Source: Solirubrobacteraceae bacterium
Lineage (GTDB): Bacteria; Actinomycetota; Thermoleophilia; Solirubrobacterales; Solirubrobacteraceae
Assembly (NCBI GenBank): GCA_035938095.1
Contig: DASZHF010000126.1
Coordinates: forward strand, 4,264-68,263
Direction of reading: 5' to 3'
DNA: 64,000 bases
Positions 26,232-34,392 of this stretch are shown here, piece after piece (position 1 is the first letter of the stretch; every line of letters begins with the position of its first letter). The position numbers were made by a program, and so were the translations under genes. The notes below the pieces were generated by a model. That model saw nothing but the letters and a program-made list of their open reading frames with translations, had not been told where the DNA came from and did no database searches.

Positions 26232-27707
26232 TCAGCACGTCCCCTCCGACACGCACGGTTTGACGACGCGTAGATAGCGAGCCCAGTCCACCCCATCGTT
26301 GAGGTCGAACACGTAGTCCTGGTCGGGGGCGTAGTACGGGACTCGGTACTGCTGGGCCAGCGTGACCCACCGGTCGGGCTGGCCGAAGCTGGTGTAGACG
26401 ACTCCGGACTCTTGAGCGATGCCCCAGCTGCCGCCGGTATCACCGACGATCATCCCGTAATGGGCCATCGCCTCCAGGACCGCTTTCTTCCAATCGGGCA
26501 CCGGGAGAGCCGCGATCTGGGCGTCGGTCATGGTGAGCTGGAAGCGCATGCCCTCCGCTGGAGCGTTCGTCCGGTCCGGACACGGTGAACCGCCCTTCGT
26601 CGCCGGGTACACCCACGACCCCGAGTCGCAGCGCACGTTCATGAGCAGGGCGTGGTTTATGCGGCCGGAAGCCAGCTCCTCCGCGCGCAGGACGCCAGCG
26701 GCGGTGCCGTATTGAGCGGCGACCGCATCAGAGCCCAGGCCATTGCCCGCGATCGGGGTCTTGCCGCCCCAGCGAATCGTGAGCGCGCCGCCGCCGGCCG
26801 GCTTGGACTCGACTCCCCAGAAGTCGTACTCCCACCCGGACGCCTGGTCGACCACGCTCAGGTGGGCATCGGAGCCGCCGGCCGGCCTCGCCCGGTCGGC
26901 GATGCGAATCTGGGCACCCTCGATCGCACATGTGCCCCAGCTCTCGGTGCAGTGCACCCTGAAGACGGGGTCCGCCGGCGAGGAGTAGTACACGGGACGA
27001 CCGCCGTCGAGCTCGCCGCGCCCCGCTGTTCCCGCGAGCACGTTCTCCAACCGGCCAAAGCTCAGCACGCGCCCGACTATCGCCGAGGAGCCCGCCTCAG
27101 ACGGAGCGCCCGCGGAGATCTCGCGGTTGAACGCGCTCTGGGGCGAGTACGGCCGCCAACACCCCGGCGGCCGCGCGACGGCGCCGAACGTTCCATACGC
27201 AGGCAAGCAGCCCGGGTTCCCGAGCGCGCCCGAAGCGATCGCCACGGGATTGGCGACCGCAACGCGCGGCACCGACCGGGCCGTGCGGACCCGGAGGACC
27301 AGCCTGAGCCTTTTTACTCGGATCCGGCGCGCCCAGCGTGGACGCCGCACCTGGACCCTTCCCTCGCGGGCGGCGGCCTGCAGGTGGCGCAGGGAGATGC
27401 GAGCGCGGTGATGGCGCCCGACCAAGCGTGCCGACTCGAGCGCTGCCGGCGCCAACGCGGTCAGCGGAAACGTCAGGCTGCGCGGGGTCGCACCGACCGG
27501 GGCCACGCGCCGGACCGCGGCGACAGCTGACGCCACCCCGTTCGGAGCCGGGGCGCGTGCGCCGCGACCAGCTGCCTCCGCCGAGCTGGTGGTTGTCATG
27601 ACCGCACCGGTCATGGCCAGCGGAGTCAGCGCCGCCACGAGCAGACGACGACCGCGCTCGGAGCCCAGCGCGCTCCCTCCCACTCCCCCATCCCGAGCGC
27701 TCGTCAT
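26232..27707 (-). CDS. Secreted protein of unknown function, family member B (close paralog of 40608..41717)
   Basis: Signal peptide LTPLAMTGAVMTTTSSAEA. From CWRPYSPQSAFN to the C-terminal VKPCVSEGTC it is collinear with 40608..41717 at roughly two-thirds identity by eye. Confidence 0.85.
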   Translation of the reverse strand: MTSARDGGVGGSALGSERGRRLLVAALTPLAMTGAVMTTTSSAEAAGRGARAPAPNGVASAVAAVRRVAPVGATPRSLTFPLTALAPAALESARLVGRHHRARISLRHLQAAAREGRVQVRRPRWARRIRVKRLRLVLRVRTARSVPRVAVANPVAIASGALGNPGCLPAYGTFGAVARPPGCWRPYSPQSAFNREISAGAPSEAGSSAIVGRVLSFGRLENVLAGTAGRGELDGGRPVYYSSPADPVFRVHCTESWGTCAIEGAQIRIADRARPAGGSDAHLSVVDQASGWEYDFWGVESKPAGGGALTIRWGGKTPIAGNGLGSDAVAAQYGTAAGVLRAEELASGRINHALLMNVRCDSGSWVYPATKGGSPCPDRTNAPAEGMRFQLTMTDAQIAALPVPDWKKAVLEAMAHYGMIVGDTGGSWGIAQESGVVYTSFGQPDRWVTLAQQYRVPYYAPDQDYVFDLNDGVDWARYLRVVKPCVSEGTC

Positions 27708-27765
27708 GGCGGGTCACACCCTGGCCGCCTCGAGGAAGCGATCGAGCAGCGGAGAGTGAGAGCGA

Positions 27766-27783
27766 GGTAAGACCCTGGTGACC
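27766..27783 (-). promoter_or_regulatory. TCTTACC plus GGTCACC direct repeats 11 nt apart, upstream of 27707
   Basis: The plus strand reads GGTAAGAccctGGTGACC, 59 to 76 nt upstream of the ATG at 27707. Confidence 0.35.
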
Positions 27784-27818
27784 GGCGGCACGGACCGGTC
27801 GGCCGGTCCCGCAGCCGG

Positions 27819-29471
27819 TCAGCCGGTCAGGGTGACCCGGCGGGCAACGGTGTACGTGTGACCAGACGCGTCGGTAAGGATCGCCTGAACCTCGATCGCC
27901 AGGCGATGCGTGCGTCCAAGCTTGGAAGCGAGGCTGGGGTCGAGCTTGACGACGGTCCGTACGCGCCCAGAGGTCTGGGCCGCCGTCTGCAAGTTTCCGA
28001 GCGCCAACGACTTATCGCTTGCCGTGGGCGCAGATCCAGCGGGCAGCTTGAGTCGCCGGGCCAGCGCCCCAGACGCGAGCACCGAGATCCGGGCGGTCGC
28101 GGGGAGGGTCGTCGTGTAGCGCACGAGTAAACCCCGGCGCAAGACGCGGCGCAGCGGCTGGCGGAGCACCTTCAGGGTCCCGCGAAGGGTCGCGCCGGCG
28201 GCGCCCGCGGGCGGGGGAGAAGATGACGGGCGTCCTCCGGCGCCGACCGACAGCTTCCGATCGAGTGTGGCCGATTGTCCGTTGCTGTCCGTCACCTTTA
28301 GGGTCACGGTGAAGGTCCCGGGACGAGAGTATGTGTGCGTGGTCTGCGCCCCCGAGCTGCCCGCACCGTCACCGAACTGCCAGCTGTAAGAGTTGATGGC
28401 TCCATGGGAATCCTGGGACCCGCGCCCGTCGAATGTGACGGACTCGCCCGTGCTCGGGTCGCTGGGGTTCAGAGTGAACTGGGCGCTGAGCGATTCGCCG
28501 CCTGCGCACCCCGCGAGCGCGTTGCTCCATTCGAACTGGATGTAGTACTTGCCGCCGTTGATGACCTGGTTGTACTGTCCGGAGTCGGTGGATCCGAGCG
28601 CCGATCCGTACGTCTGCTGGCACTTGTCGCCGATCTCGAAGCCTTGAGCGTCGGACCACGCCCCGGGGTTACCCAGCGGGTCGGTGATCGCCTCGTTGTG
28701 CTCGTGGCTGAGCGCGTCGATGGTCGGGTCGGCTCCCGTGGCGGTCCCGTTGGGGTACTCGCCCGGTTGGCATCCGCTGACGTCGTCATAGGGCTGGCTG
28801 GCGTATATGACCTCGCCGCCGTTGTGGACGAAGTCGCTGTGATAAGCGCAGTAGCCGCCCGAGACGAAGGAGCAGCCGTTGGTGGGTACGACGTCGAAGC
28901 AGCTGCCCACCCCGGGCGGCGTGAAGATGAAGTACACGTCGCCTAGGCCCGTCGGCAGGTTCTGGGCGTCGATGACCGAGGCGATCTCAGCCTGGAGCTG
29001 GGCGTCGGTCAGGCAGACGGTCGCTGGTGGAACGGTCGCGTCCACGCAGCCGCTGACCGGGTAGGCGGTCGGGTCGTCGATCGCGGGCGACGCAAAACTC
29101 GACGCGTACTGCAGCGACCCGCCGCTGTCGCCGAGCTCCGTGGCGACGCTGTAGACGTTGTCGGACGCGCCGCTGGCGGCGGCGACGTTGCCCAGAAACC
29201 CGTTTATCAGATACTCGTAATTGGGAGGAAAGGGATGCCCGGCGGGCGCCCAGAAGATGGCATGGGTTCGGTTGGAGTGCATCACCGGCCCGCCGTGATA
29301 GATCAGGGGTCCCGATCCCTCCTGGCCGGTGGGAGATCCGTGGGACGCGGAGATTGTGTGAACCGGGATGATCCCGCGAAACTTTCGAGAGGGCGGGCGC
29401 CCGAGCGCCGGGCCCGCGACCGCGGCTACGGTGCAGCCGACCCCCACCACCGCTGCGAGCGCCCTGCGCAT
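27819..29471 (-). CDS. Secreted protein: Cys-rich N-terminal domain of unknown function, a PKD domain and a C-terminal beta-rich domain
   Basis: Signal peptide. PKD signature is FDGRGSQDSHGAINSYSWQFGDG...HTYSRPGTFTVTLKVTDSNG. The N-terminal domain has YHGGPVM...IFW, YCAYHS and HEHNEAITDP. Confidence 0.85.
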   Translation of the reverse strand: MRRALAAVVGVGCTVAAVAGPALGRPPSRKFRGIIPVHTISASHGSPTGQEGSGPLIYHGGPVMHSNRTHAIFWAPAGHPFPPNYEYLINGFLGNVAAASGASDNVYSVATELGDSGGSLQYASSFASPAIDDPTAYPVSGCVDATVPPATVCLTDAQLQAEIASVIDAQNLPTGLGDVYFIFTPPGVGSCFDVVPTNGCSFVSGGYCAYHSDFVHNGGEVIYASQPYDDVSGCQPGEYPNGTATGADPTIDALSHEHNEAITDPLGNPGAWSDAQGFEIGDKCQQTYGSALGSTDSGQYNQVINGGKYYIQFEWSNALAGCAGGESLSAQFTLNPSDPSTGESVTFDGRGSQDSHGAINSYSWQFGDGAGSSGAQTTHTYSRPGTFTVTLKVTDSNGQSATLDRKLSVGAGGRPSSSPPPAGAAGATLRGTLKVLRQPLRRVLRRGLLVRYTTTLPATARISVLASGALARRLKLPAGSAPTASDKSLALGNLQTAAQTSGRVRTVVKLDPSLASKLGRTHRLAIEVQAILTDASGHTYTVARRVTLTG

Positions 29472-29515
29472 CGCGACGAGACTGACCGACGTCGGGAAGC
29501 CCCAGAGGAGGGCCG

Positions 29516-29533
29516 GGTCAGACCGCGGTAAGA
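29516..29533 (-). promoter_or_regulatory. TCTTACC plus TCTGACC direct repeats 11 nt apart, upstream of 29471
   Basis: The plus strand reads GGTCAGAccgcGGTAAGA, 45 to 62 nt upstream of the ATG at 29471. Confidence 0.35.
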
Positions 29534-29619
29534 GTGCGCAAAATGCGAGCTTTCGACGCTACCGATGTGTACTATGCCGCGCGCCGCTAGCCGGCGATCG
29601 CCTGTGGGTCACCGTTTTG

Positions 29620-29690
29620 GTAGAGGCGGGAGATGCCACGGAGATGTGCAGCGTCAACGTGTAACCCACATATCTACGGCTCGCCTCTAC
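29620..29690 (+). promoter_or_regulatory. 71-nt imperfect hairpin in the leader of the epimerase operon
   Basis: GTAGAGGCG (29620..29628) pairs with CGCCTCTAC (29682..29690). An inner AGATGTG/CACATATCT stem is also present. The hairpin ends 15 nt before the ATG at 29706. Confidence 0.3.
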
Positions 29691-29705
29691 AACCCCACGG
29701 ATTCG

Positions 29706-30677
29706 ATGCGTTACTTGATCACGGGCGGCGCCGGCTTCATTGGCTCACATCTCAGCGACGAGCTGCTGTCACACGGGCATCGCGTCCACGTGCTCGACGA
29801 CCTGTCCACGGGAAGCATGGACAACATCCGGCACCTCAAGGGCGAGGATGGTTTCGAGTACACGATCGCTGATGCCGCGAACGCCCAGCTGGTGGCTGAG
29901 CTGGTAGACGAGGCCGATGTCGTCTACCACCTGGCCGCAGCCGTCGGAGTGGAACTGATCGTCGAGAGTCCCGTACGCGCCATCGAGACCAACGTCCATC
30001 TGACCGAGGTGGTTCTGGCCCAGGCCAATAAGAAGAAGAAGCCCGTGCTCGTCGCCTCGACGAGTGAGATCTACGGCAAGAGCACCGCGCTCCCCTTCTG
30101 CGAGGACGGCGACATGACGCTTGGTGCCACGAGCGTCGGGCGCTGGGCGTACGCGTGTTCGAAGGCCATCGACGAGTTCCTGGCCATCGCGTACTGGAAG
30201 GAGCGCAAGCTACCCACGGTCGTGGTGCGGCTGTTCAACACGGTGGGCCCGCGCCAGACCGGACGGTACGGGATGGTCGTCCCCCGCCTCGTGCGCCAGG
30301 CGCTGGCGGATCAGCCGCTCACGGTCTACGGCGATGGTCACCAGCAGCGGTGCTTCTGCCACGTGGGCGACGTGGTCGAAGCGCTCGTCGACCTGATGAC
30401 GATCGAGGCCGCGTACGGAGAGGTCTACAACGTGGGCGGAGACGAGGAGGTCACCATGCTCGAACTGGCCGCGAGGATCATGGAGGCCGCCGGCGCCGAC
30501 TCCGTCGTGTCGCTCATCCCCTACGACGAGGCCTACGAAGAGGGATTTGAGGACATGCACCGGCGCGTGCCCGACACGTCGAAGATCCGAGCCCTGACCG
30601 GTTGGCGCGCGCGCGTTCCCCTCGACGGGATCATCGCCGACGTCGTTGACTCCCACCGCGCCGCGCTGGTCGTCTGA
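29706..30677 (+). CDS. NAD-dependent sugar-nucleotide epimerase/dehydratase (extended SDR)
   Basis: MRYLITGGAGFIGSHL, YACSKA (YxxxK). The ATG at 29706 is preferred over the 29565 track start. Confidence 0.9.
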   Translation: MRYLITGGAGFIGSHLSDELLSHGHRVHVLDDLSTGSMDNIRHLKGEDGFEYTIADAANAQLVAELVDEADVVYHLAAAVGVELIVESPVRAIETNVHLTEVVLAQANKKKKPVLVASTSEIYGKSTALPFCEDGDMTLGATSVGRWAYACSKAIDEFLAIAYWKERKLPTVVVRLFNTVGPRQTGRYGMVVPRLVRQALADQPLTVYGDGHQQRCFCHVGDVVEALVDLMTIEAAYGEVYNVGGDEEVTMLELAARIMEAAGADSVVSLIPYDEAYEEGFEDMHRRVPDTSKIRALTGWRARVPLDGIIADVVDSHRAALVV

Positions 30678-30691
30678 GTGGTGGTGGGCAC

Positions 30692-31711
30692 GTGAAGGCG
30701 CTCGTCACCGGTGGCGGAGGGTTCATTGGCTCGCATCTGGTCGAGCGCCTGGTGCGCGACGGCCACGAGGTTCGCGCGCTGGACAACTTCTCGACCGGCC
30801 GACGCGCCAACCTCGCCCACCTCCTGGATGAGATCGAGCTCGTCGAGGGCGACATCCAGAGCTACGAGCGGGCGAGCACGGCGGTGCGCGCGTGCGAGGT
30901 GGTCTTTCACCAGGCGGCCCTGCCCTCCGTCCCGCGTTCGGTTCAGGATCCGCTGACGAGTAACGCCTCCAACGTGATCGGCACCCTCAACGTGCTTCTG
31001 GCCGCCCGCGACGCCGGAGTGCGTCGGGTGATCTTCGCGTCGTCGTCCTCCGTGTACGGAGCGAATCCGGCGCTGCCCAAGCAGGAAACGATGGCCAGCG
31101 AACCCATCTCTCCCTACGCCGCCGCCAAGCTGGCTGGGGAGAACTACTGCCGCAGCTTCCGAGAGGTTTACGGCCTCGACACGGTAGCGCTTCGTTATTT
31201 CAACGTCTTTGGCCCACGCCAAGATCCGACGTCTCAGTACTCCGCCGTGATCCCCAAGTTCATTGCTGCGTTTCTTGCGGGTGACCCGCCCACCATCTAC
31301 GGCGACGGCGAGCAGTCGCGCGACTTCACCTACATCGATAACGTCGTCCACGCCAACCTGCTGGCCGCAACGTCGCCGCGAGTCGAGGGCTTCCGGTTCA
31401 ACATCGCGTGCGGCGAGCGCTTCACGCTCAACCGTCTGGCCGCCGAGCTGCGCGAACTCACCGAGAGCGACGCGCGTCCGCGCTACGCCCGCGTCCGTCC
31501 CGGCGACGTGCCCCATTCCCAAGCCGACATCAGCGCGGCCCGGGAGGCGCTCGGATACCGCCCCGAAGTCTCGTTTCGCGAGGGCCTATACCGCACGGTC
31601 GCCCACCATCGCGAGTGGTCCTACTACGCGCCCTCCCATTCGGGCGCGGCCCGCGAACTTGGCCGTATCACCGCGCCAGTTATGGAAACTGCCCTCGCCC
31701 AGAGGTCATGA
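30692..31711 (+). CDS. NAD-dependent UDP-sugar 4-epimerase-like extended SDR (WbpP/TviC-like)
   Basis: KALVTGGGGFIGSHLVERL, YAAAKLAGE, DNFSTGRRANL. Substrate is not determinable from sequence alone. Confidence 0.88.
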   Translation: MKALVTGGGGFIGSHLVERLVRDGHEVRALDNFSTGRRANLAHLLDEIELVEGDIQSYERASTAVRACEVVFHQAALPSVPRSVQDPLTSNASNVIGTLNVLLAARDAGVRRVIFASSSSVYGANPALPKQETMASEPISPYAAAKLAGENYCRSFREVYGLDTVALRYFNVFGPRQDPTSQYSAVIPKFIAAFLAGDPPTIYGDGEQSRDFTYIDNVVHANLLAATSPRVEGFRFNIACGERFTLNRLAAELRELTESDARPRYARVRPGDVPHSQADISAAREALGYRPEVSFREGLYRTVAHHREWSYYAPSHSGAARELGRITAPVMETALAQRS

Positions 31712-31715
31712 CGCA

Positions 31716-31773
31716 GCGACGCTGAACCCCGTCAAACGGTGACGCTGAACCTCGTCAACGGTGACGCTGAACC
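31716..31773 (+). promoter_or_regulatory. Three direct repeats G(C/T)GACGCTGAACC at 23- and 22-nt spacing, upstream of the HK-RR operon
   Basis: Copies are at 31716..31728, 31739..31751 and 31761..31773, starting immediately after the epimerase stop. Confidence 0.4.
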
Positions 31774-31971
31774 GCGTGATCGAGTGCGACGCCGAATCAA
31801 TTGACCGGGCGGGGACGGTTTTGAGCAGTCGAGCGTTTTTTAGCTCCTACCTTGTGCGTTTGCGAATCGCTGCCGTCCGAAGGCTGACACTCTGGCACCT
31901 TGACGCCCCGCGTCGCGGATGCTCGGAGCACAGAGGGGCCGAATCCGCCGGAGAATGGGGAGGCGTAGCTT

Positions 31972-33642
31972 GTGATTCAGGGTCAACGACAGGATCGGTC
32001 CGAGGCGTGGCCTAGCAGCGCCGGACTGGCGCGCAGGCCTGTCCCTGAGCGGCGGGGCTTTCCCGGCGACGTTCGCAACCGCGGCGAGCTGCTAGGTCAG
32101 CTCCTCGCCACCTCGCACCAAGCATTCGTGGCAATGAACCCGCGTGGGGTCGTCGCCGAGTGGAACAGCGCCGCCGAGCGACTCTTCGGCTGGAGCCGTG
32201 AGCAGATTCTGGGCCGACCCCTGTTGAGCTCCGTCTTCCCCGCCTCGCGGGCTCGGGTCGAGCAGGAGCTCGACCGACTGACGCGCGAGTCGGGGGGCGG
32301 CCTGTACCACCATCATTTCCGGGCCTCGGCGCGGACGCGCGATGGCCGGCGGTTCCCCGCGGACCTGACGGTCTCGGTCATTCCGGTCCGCGGCGGAGCG
32401 ACTGTGAGCGCGTTCGTCGAGGACATCAGCGACCAGATCCGTCTGGAAGAAGCACGCCTCGTCGATCAGCAACGCGGGTTCCAGCGCGAGCGATTGGAAA
32501 CCCTGGGCCAGCTGGCCGGCGGCATCGCTCATGACTTCAACAACCTGCTGGAGGTCATCGTCAGTTACGCGGGGTTGGCCGCCGACGAACTCGAACAGGA
32601 CTCGCCGGTCCGTGGCGACGTGCAGGAGATCGAGCGAGCGGCCCGCCGAGCGGCAGATTTGACCCGACAGCTGCTGACGTTCAGCCGCCGCGAGGTCGCC
32701 AAAGTCCAGGTCCTCGACCTCAACCAGGTGATCCGGGAGCTCGAGCCCCTGCTGCGGCGCACCCTCGGGGAGCACATCGAGCTCGAGATTCGCATTGGGC
32801 CCGATCCATGCAGGCTGCTCGGTGATGTGGGGCAACTCGAGCAGGTCTTGGTCAACCTCGCCGTCAATGCGCGCGACGCGATGCCTCGCGGCGGACAGCT
32901 TCGGATTGCCACCGAACTTGCCGAGGTCGGTCCGGAGGAGGAGATCGGGCTCCCGAGCGGCCGCTATGTGAGCCTGACGGTGAGCGACACGGGCAGCGGC
33001 ATGACCAAGGACGTGGCCGAGCGCGCGTACGAGCCCTTCTTCACGACGAAGCCACGCGGCCGGGGAACCGGGCTTGGATTGTCCACGGTCTACGGCGTCG
33101 TGACAGCAAGTGGAGGCCAGCTTGGACTGACCACTGCGCCCGATATGGGAACCACCTTCGTCCTTCATTTCCCTGCCGCTACCGACGCTGCCGCCATCGG
33201 TTCCGCGACTATCGATCAGGTCCCGCAAACCCGCGAACGCCTTGCGCCCGCGACCAGGCCCGCGCCGGATGAGACGATCCTCTTAGTCGAGGACGAGGAG
33301 ACCGTGCGGCGCGCTTTGACCAAGGTCCTCGAGCGCGAGGGCTACCGCGTGCTGCCGGCGTCCGAGGCGAAAGACGCTCTGGACATCCTGGACGCCGGGG
33401 AGACTCCCATCGACCTGGTTGTCACCGACGTAGTCTTGCCTGGCCTGTCGGGCGGGGATCTCGCTGCGGAGCTGGCGATCAGGCACCCCGAACTGCCCAC
33501 GGTCTTCATCTCCGGCTACACCGACGACGGCGCCGCGAGGCGCCAGATCACCGGCACGCGGCGCAACTTCATCAGTAAGCCGTTCACCGGAGCGGCGTTG
33601 ATAACTACGGTCGCCGACTGCCTGAAGGGAGTCCACGGATGA
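31972..33642 (+). CDS. PAS-domain hybrid sensor histidine kinase (HisKA-HATPase-REC)
   Basis: The PAS region is AMNPRGVVAEWNSAAERLFGW and the H-box is LAGGIAHDFNNLL. G-boxes are DTGSGM and GTGLGLS. The C-terminal receiver reads ILLVEDEE...DLVVTDVVLPG. RBS GGGGAGG lies 8 nt before GTG 31972. Confidence 0.9.
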   Translation: MIQGQRQDRSEAWPSSAGLARRPVPERRGFPGDVRNRGELLGQLLATSHQAFVAMNPRGVVAEWNSAAERLFGWSREQILGRPLLSSVFPASRARVEQELDRLTRESGGGLYHHHFRASARTRDGRRFPADLTVSVIPVRGGATVSAFVEDISDQIRLEEARLVDQQRGFQRERLETLGQLAGGIAHDFNNLLEVIVSYAGLAADELEQDSPVRGDVQEIERAARRAADLTRQLLTFSRREVAKVQVLDLNQVIRELEPLLRRTLGEHIELEIRIGPDPCRLLGDVGQLEQVLVNLAVNARDAMPRGGQLRIATELAEVGPEEEIGLPSGRYVSLTVSDTGSGMTKDVAERAYEPFFTTKPRGRGTGLGLSTVYGVVTASGGQLGLTTAPDMGTTFVLHFPAATDAAAIGSATIDQVPQTRERLAPATRPAPDETILLVEDEETVRRALTKVLEREGYRVLPASEAKDALDILDAGETPIDLVVTDVVLPGLSGGDLAAELAIRHPELPTVFISGYTDDGAARRQITGTRRNFISKPFTGAALITTVADCLKGVHG

Positions 33643-34340
33643 TGTGTCCCACCCGCATCGAGCAGGTCCTGGTTGTCGAGGATGACGACGCCGTGCGCGC
33701 CGCGGTGTGCGCCGTCTTCGAGCGGGCCGGCGTCCGGGTCAGCCAGGCCGCAGACGGGCGCAGCGCATTGCGCAAGCTCTACGAGCAGCGTCCGAGGCTT
33801 GTGGTCCTGGACCTCGGGCTCCCCGAGCTCGACGGGCATGCGACCCTCGATCGAATACGCGACGTTTCAGATGTACCCGTCCTCGTGCTGACCGGGGCCG
33901 ACGGTGAGGTCGAGAAGGTACGCCTGCTCCGTGCGGGGGCCGACGACTACGTGACCAAACCGTTCGGGCGCCAGGAGCTGCTGGCTCGAGCCGAGGCGCT
34001 TGTGCGGCGGGCGGGCGAACTCGAGGTCGCCGAGGAGGTCTACGACGATGGCTGCGTGCGGATCGACGTTAAGGCGCGCGGAGCTTGGGTGGACGGGGAG
34101 CCCATCTCTCTCACGGCGCAGGAGTTTCGTCTGCTGCTCGCGTTCGTCCGTCACCCCAACAACGTGCTGAGCTATATCCAGCTTCTCGATCTGGCGTGGG
34201 GAGACATGCACGGCGGGACTCGTGATCAGGTCAAGGTCTACGTCGGATACCTGCGGCGACGGCTGGGCGCGGCGCGCCACCGCATCGAAACTGTTCGCGG
34301 CTTCGGCTACCGGTATACGCCGTGCCGTAACGCTTCCTGA
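33639..34340 (+). CDS. OmpR/PhoB-family response regulator
   Basis: Receiver VLVVEDDD...LVVLDLGLPELDG...DDYVTKPF plus a winged-helix output LTAQEFRLLLAF...VRGFGYRY. The ATG overlaps the HK stop (ATGA). Confidence 0.92.
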   Translation: MMCPTRIEQVLVVEDDDAVRAAVCAVFERAGVRVSQAADGRSALRKLYEQRPRLVVLDLGLPELDGHATLDRIRDVSDVPVLVLTGADGEVEKVRLLRAGADDYVTKPFGRQELLARAEALVRRAGELEVAEEVYDDGCVRIDVKARGAWVDGEPISLTAQEFRLLLAFVRHPNNVLSYIQLLDLAWGDMHGGTRDQVKVYVGYLRRRLGAARHRIETVRGFGYRYTPCRNAS

Positions 34341-34343
34341 GTT

Positions 34344-34371
34344 CTTACCCGCGCCCTCCCGCTCCCTTACC
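34344..34371 (+). promoter_or_regulatory. TCTTACC and CCTTACC repeats 21 nt apart, upstream of 34393
   Basis: TCTTACC at 34344..34350 (4 nt after the RR stop) and CCTTACC at 34365..34371. They lie 22 to 49 nt upstream of GTG 34393. Confidence 0.35.
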
Positions 34372-34392
34372 TTGCCCTGAGAACGTGGCCGG

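Noticed and set aside
25630-26370. 246-aa ORF (-) filling the gap upstream of the WecA-type gene
   Set aside because: It is Arg/Pro-rich and overlaps the 3' end of 26232..27707. The small TM ORF 25794..26066, which has a good RBS, is a better explanation for part of the gap. The rest is treated as promoter or leader.
30533-31522. 329-aa ORF antisense to the second epimerase, and 378-aa ORF (32092..33228) antisense to the histidine kinase
   Set aside because: Both are antisense to genes with clear domain signatures and have no motifs of their own.
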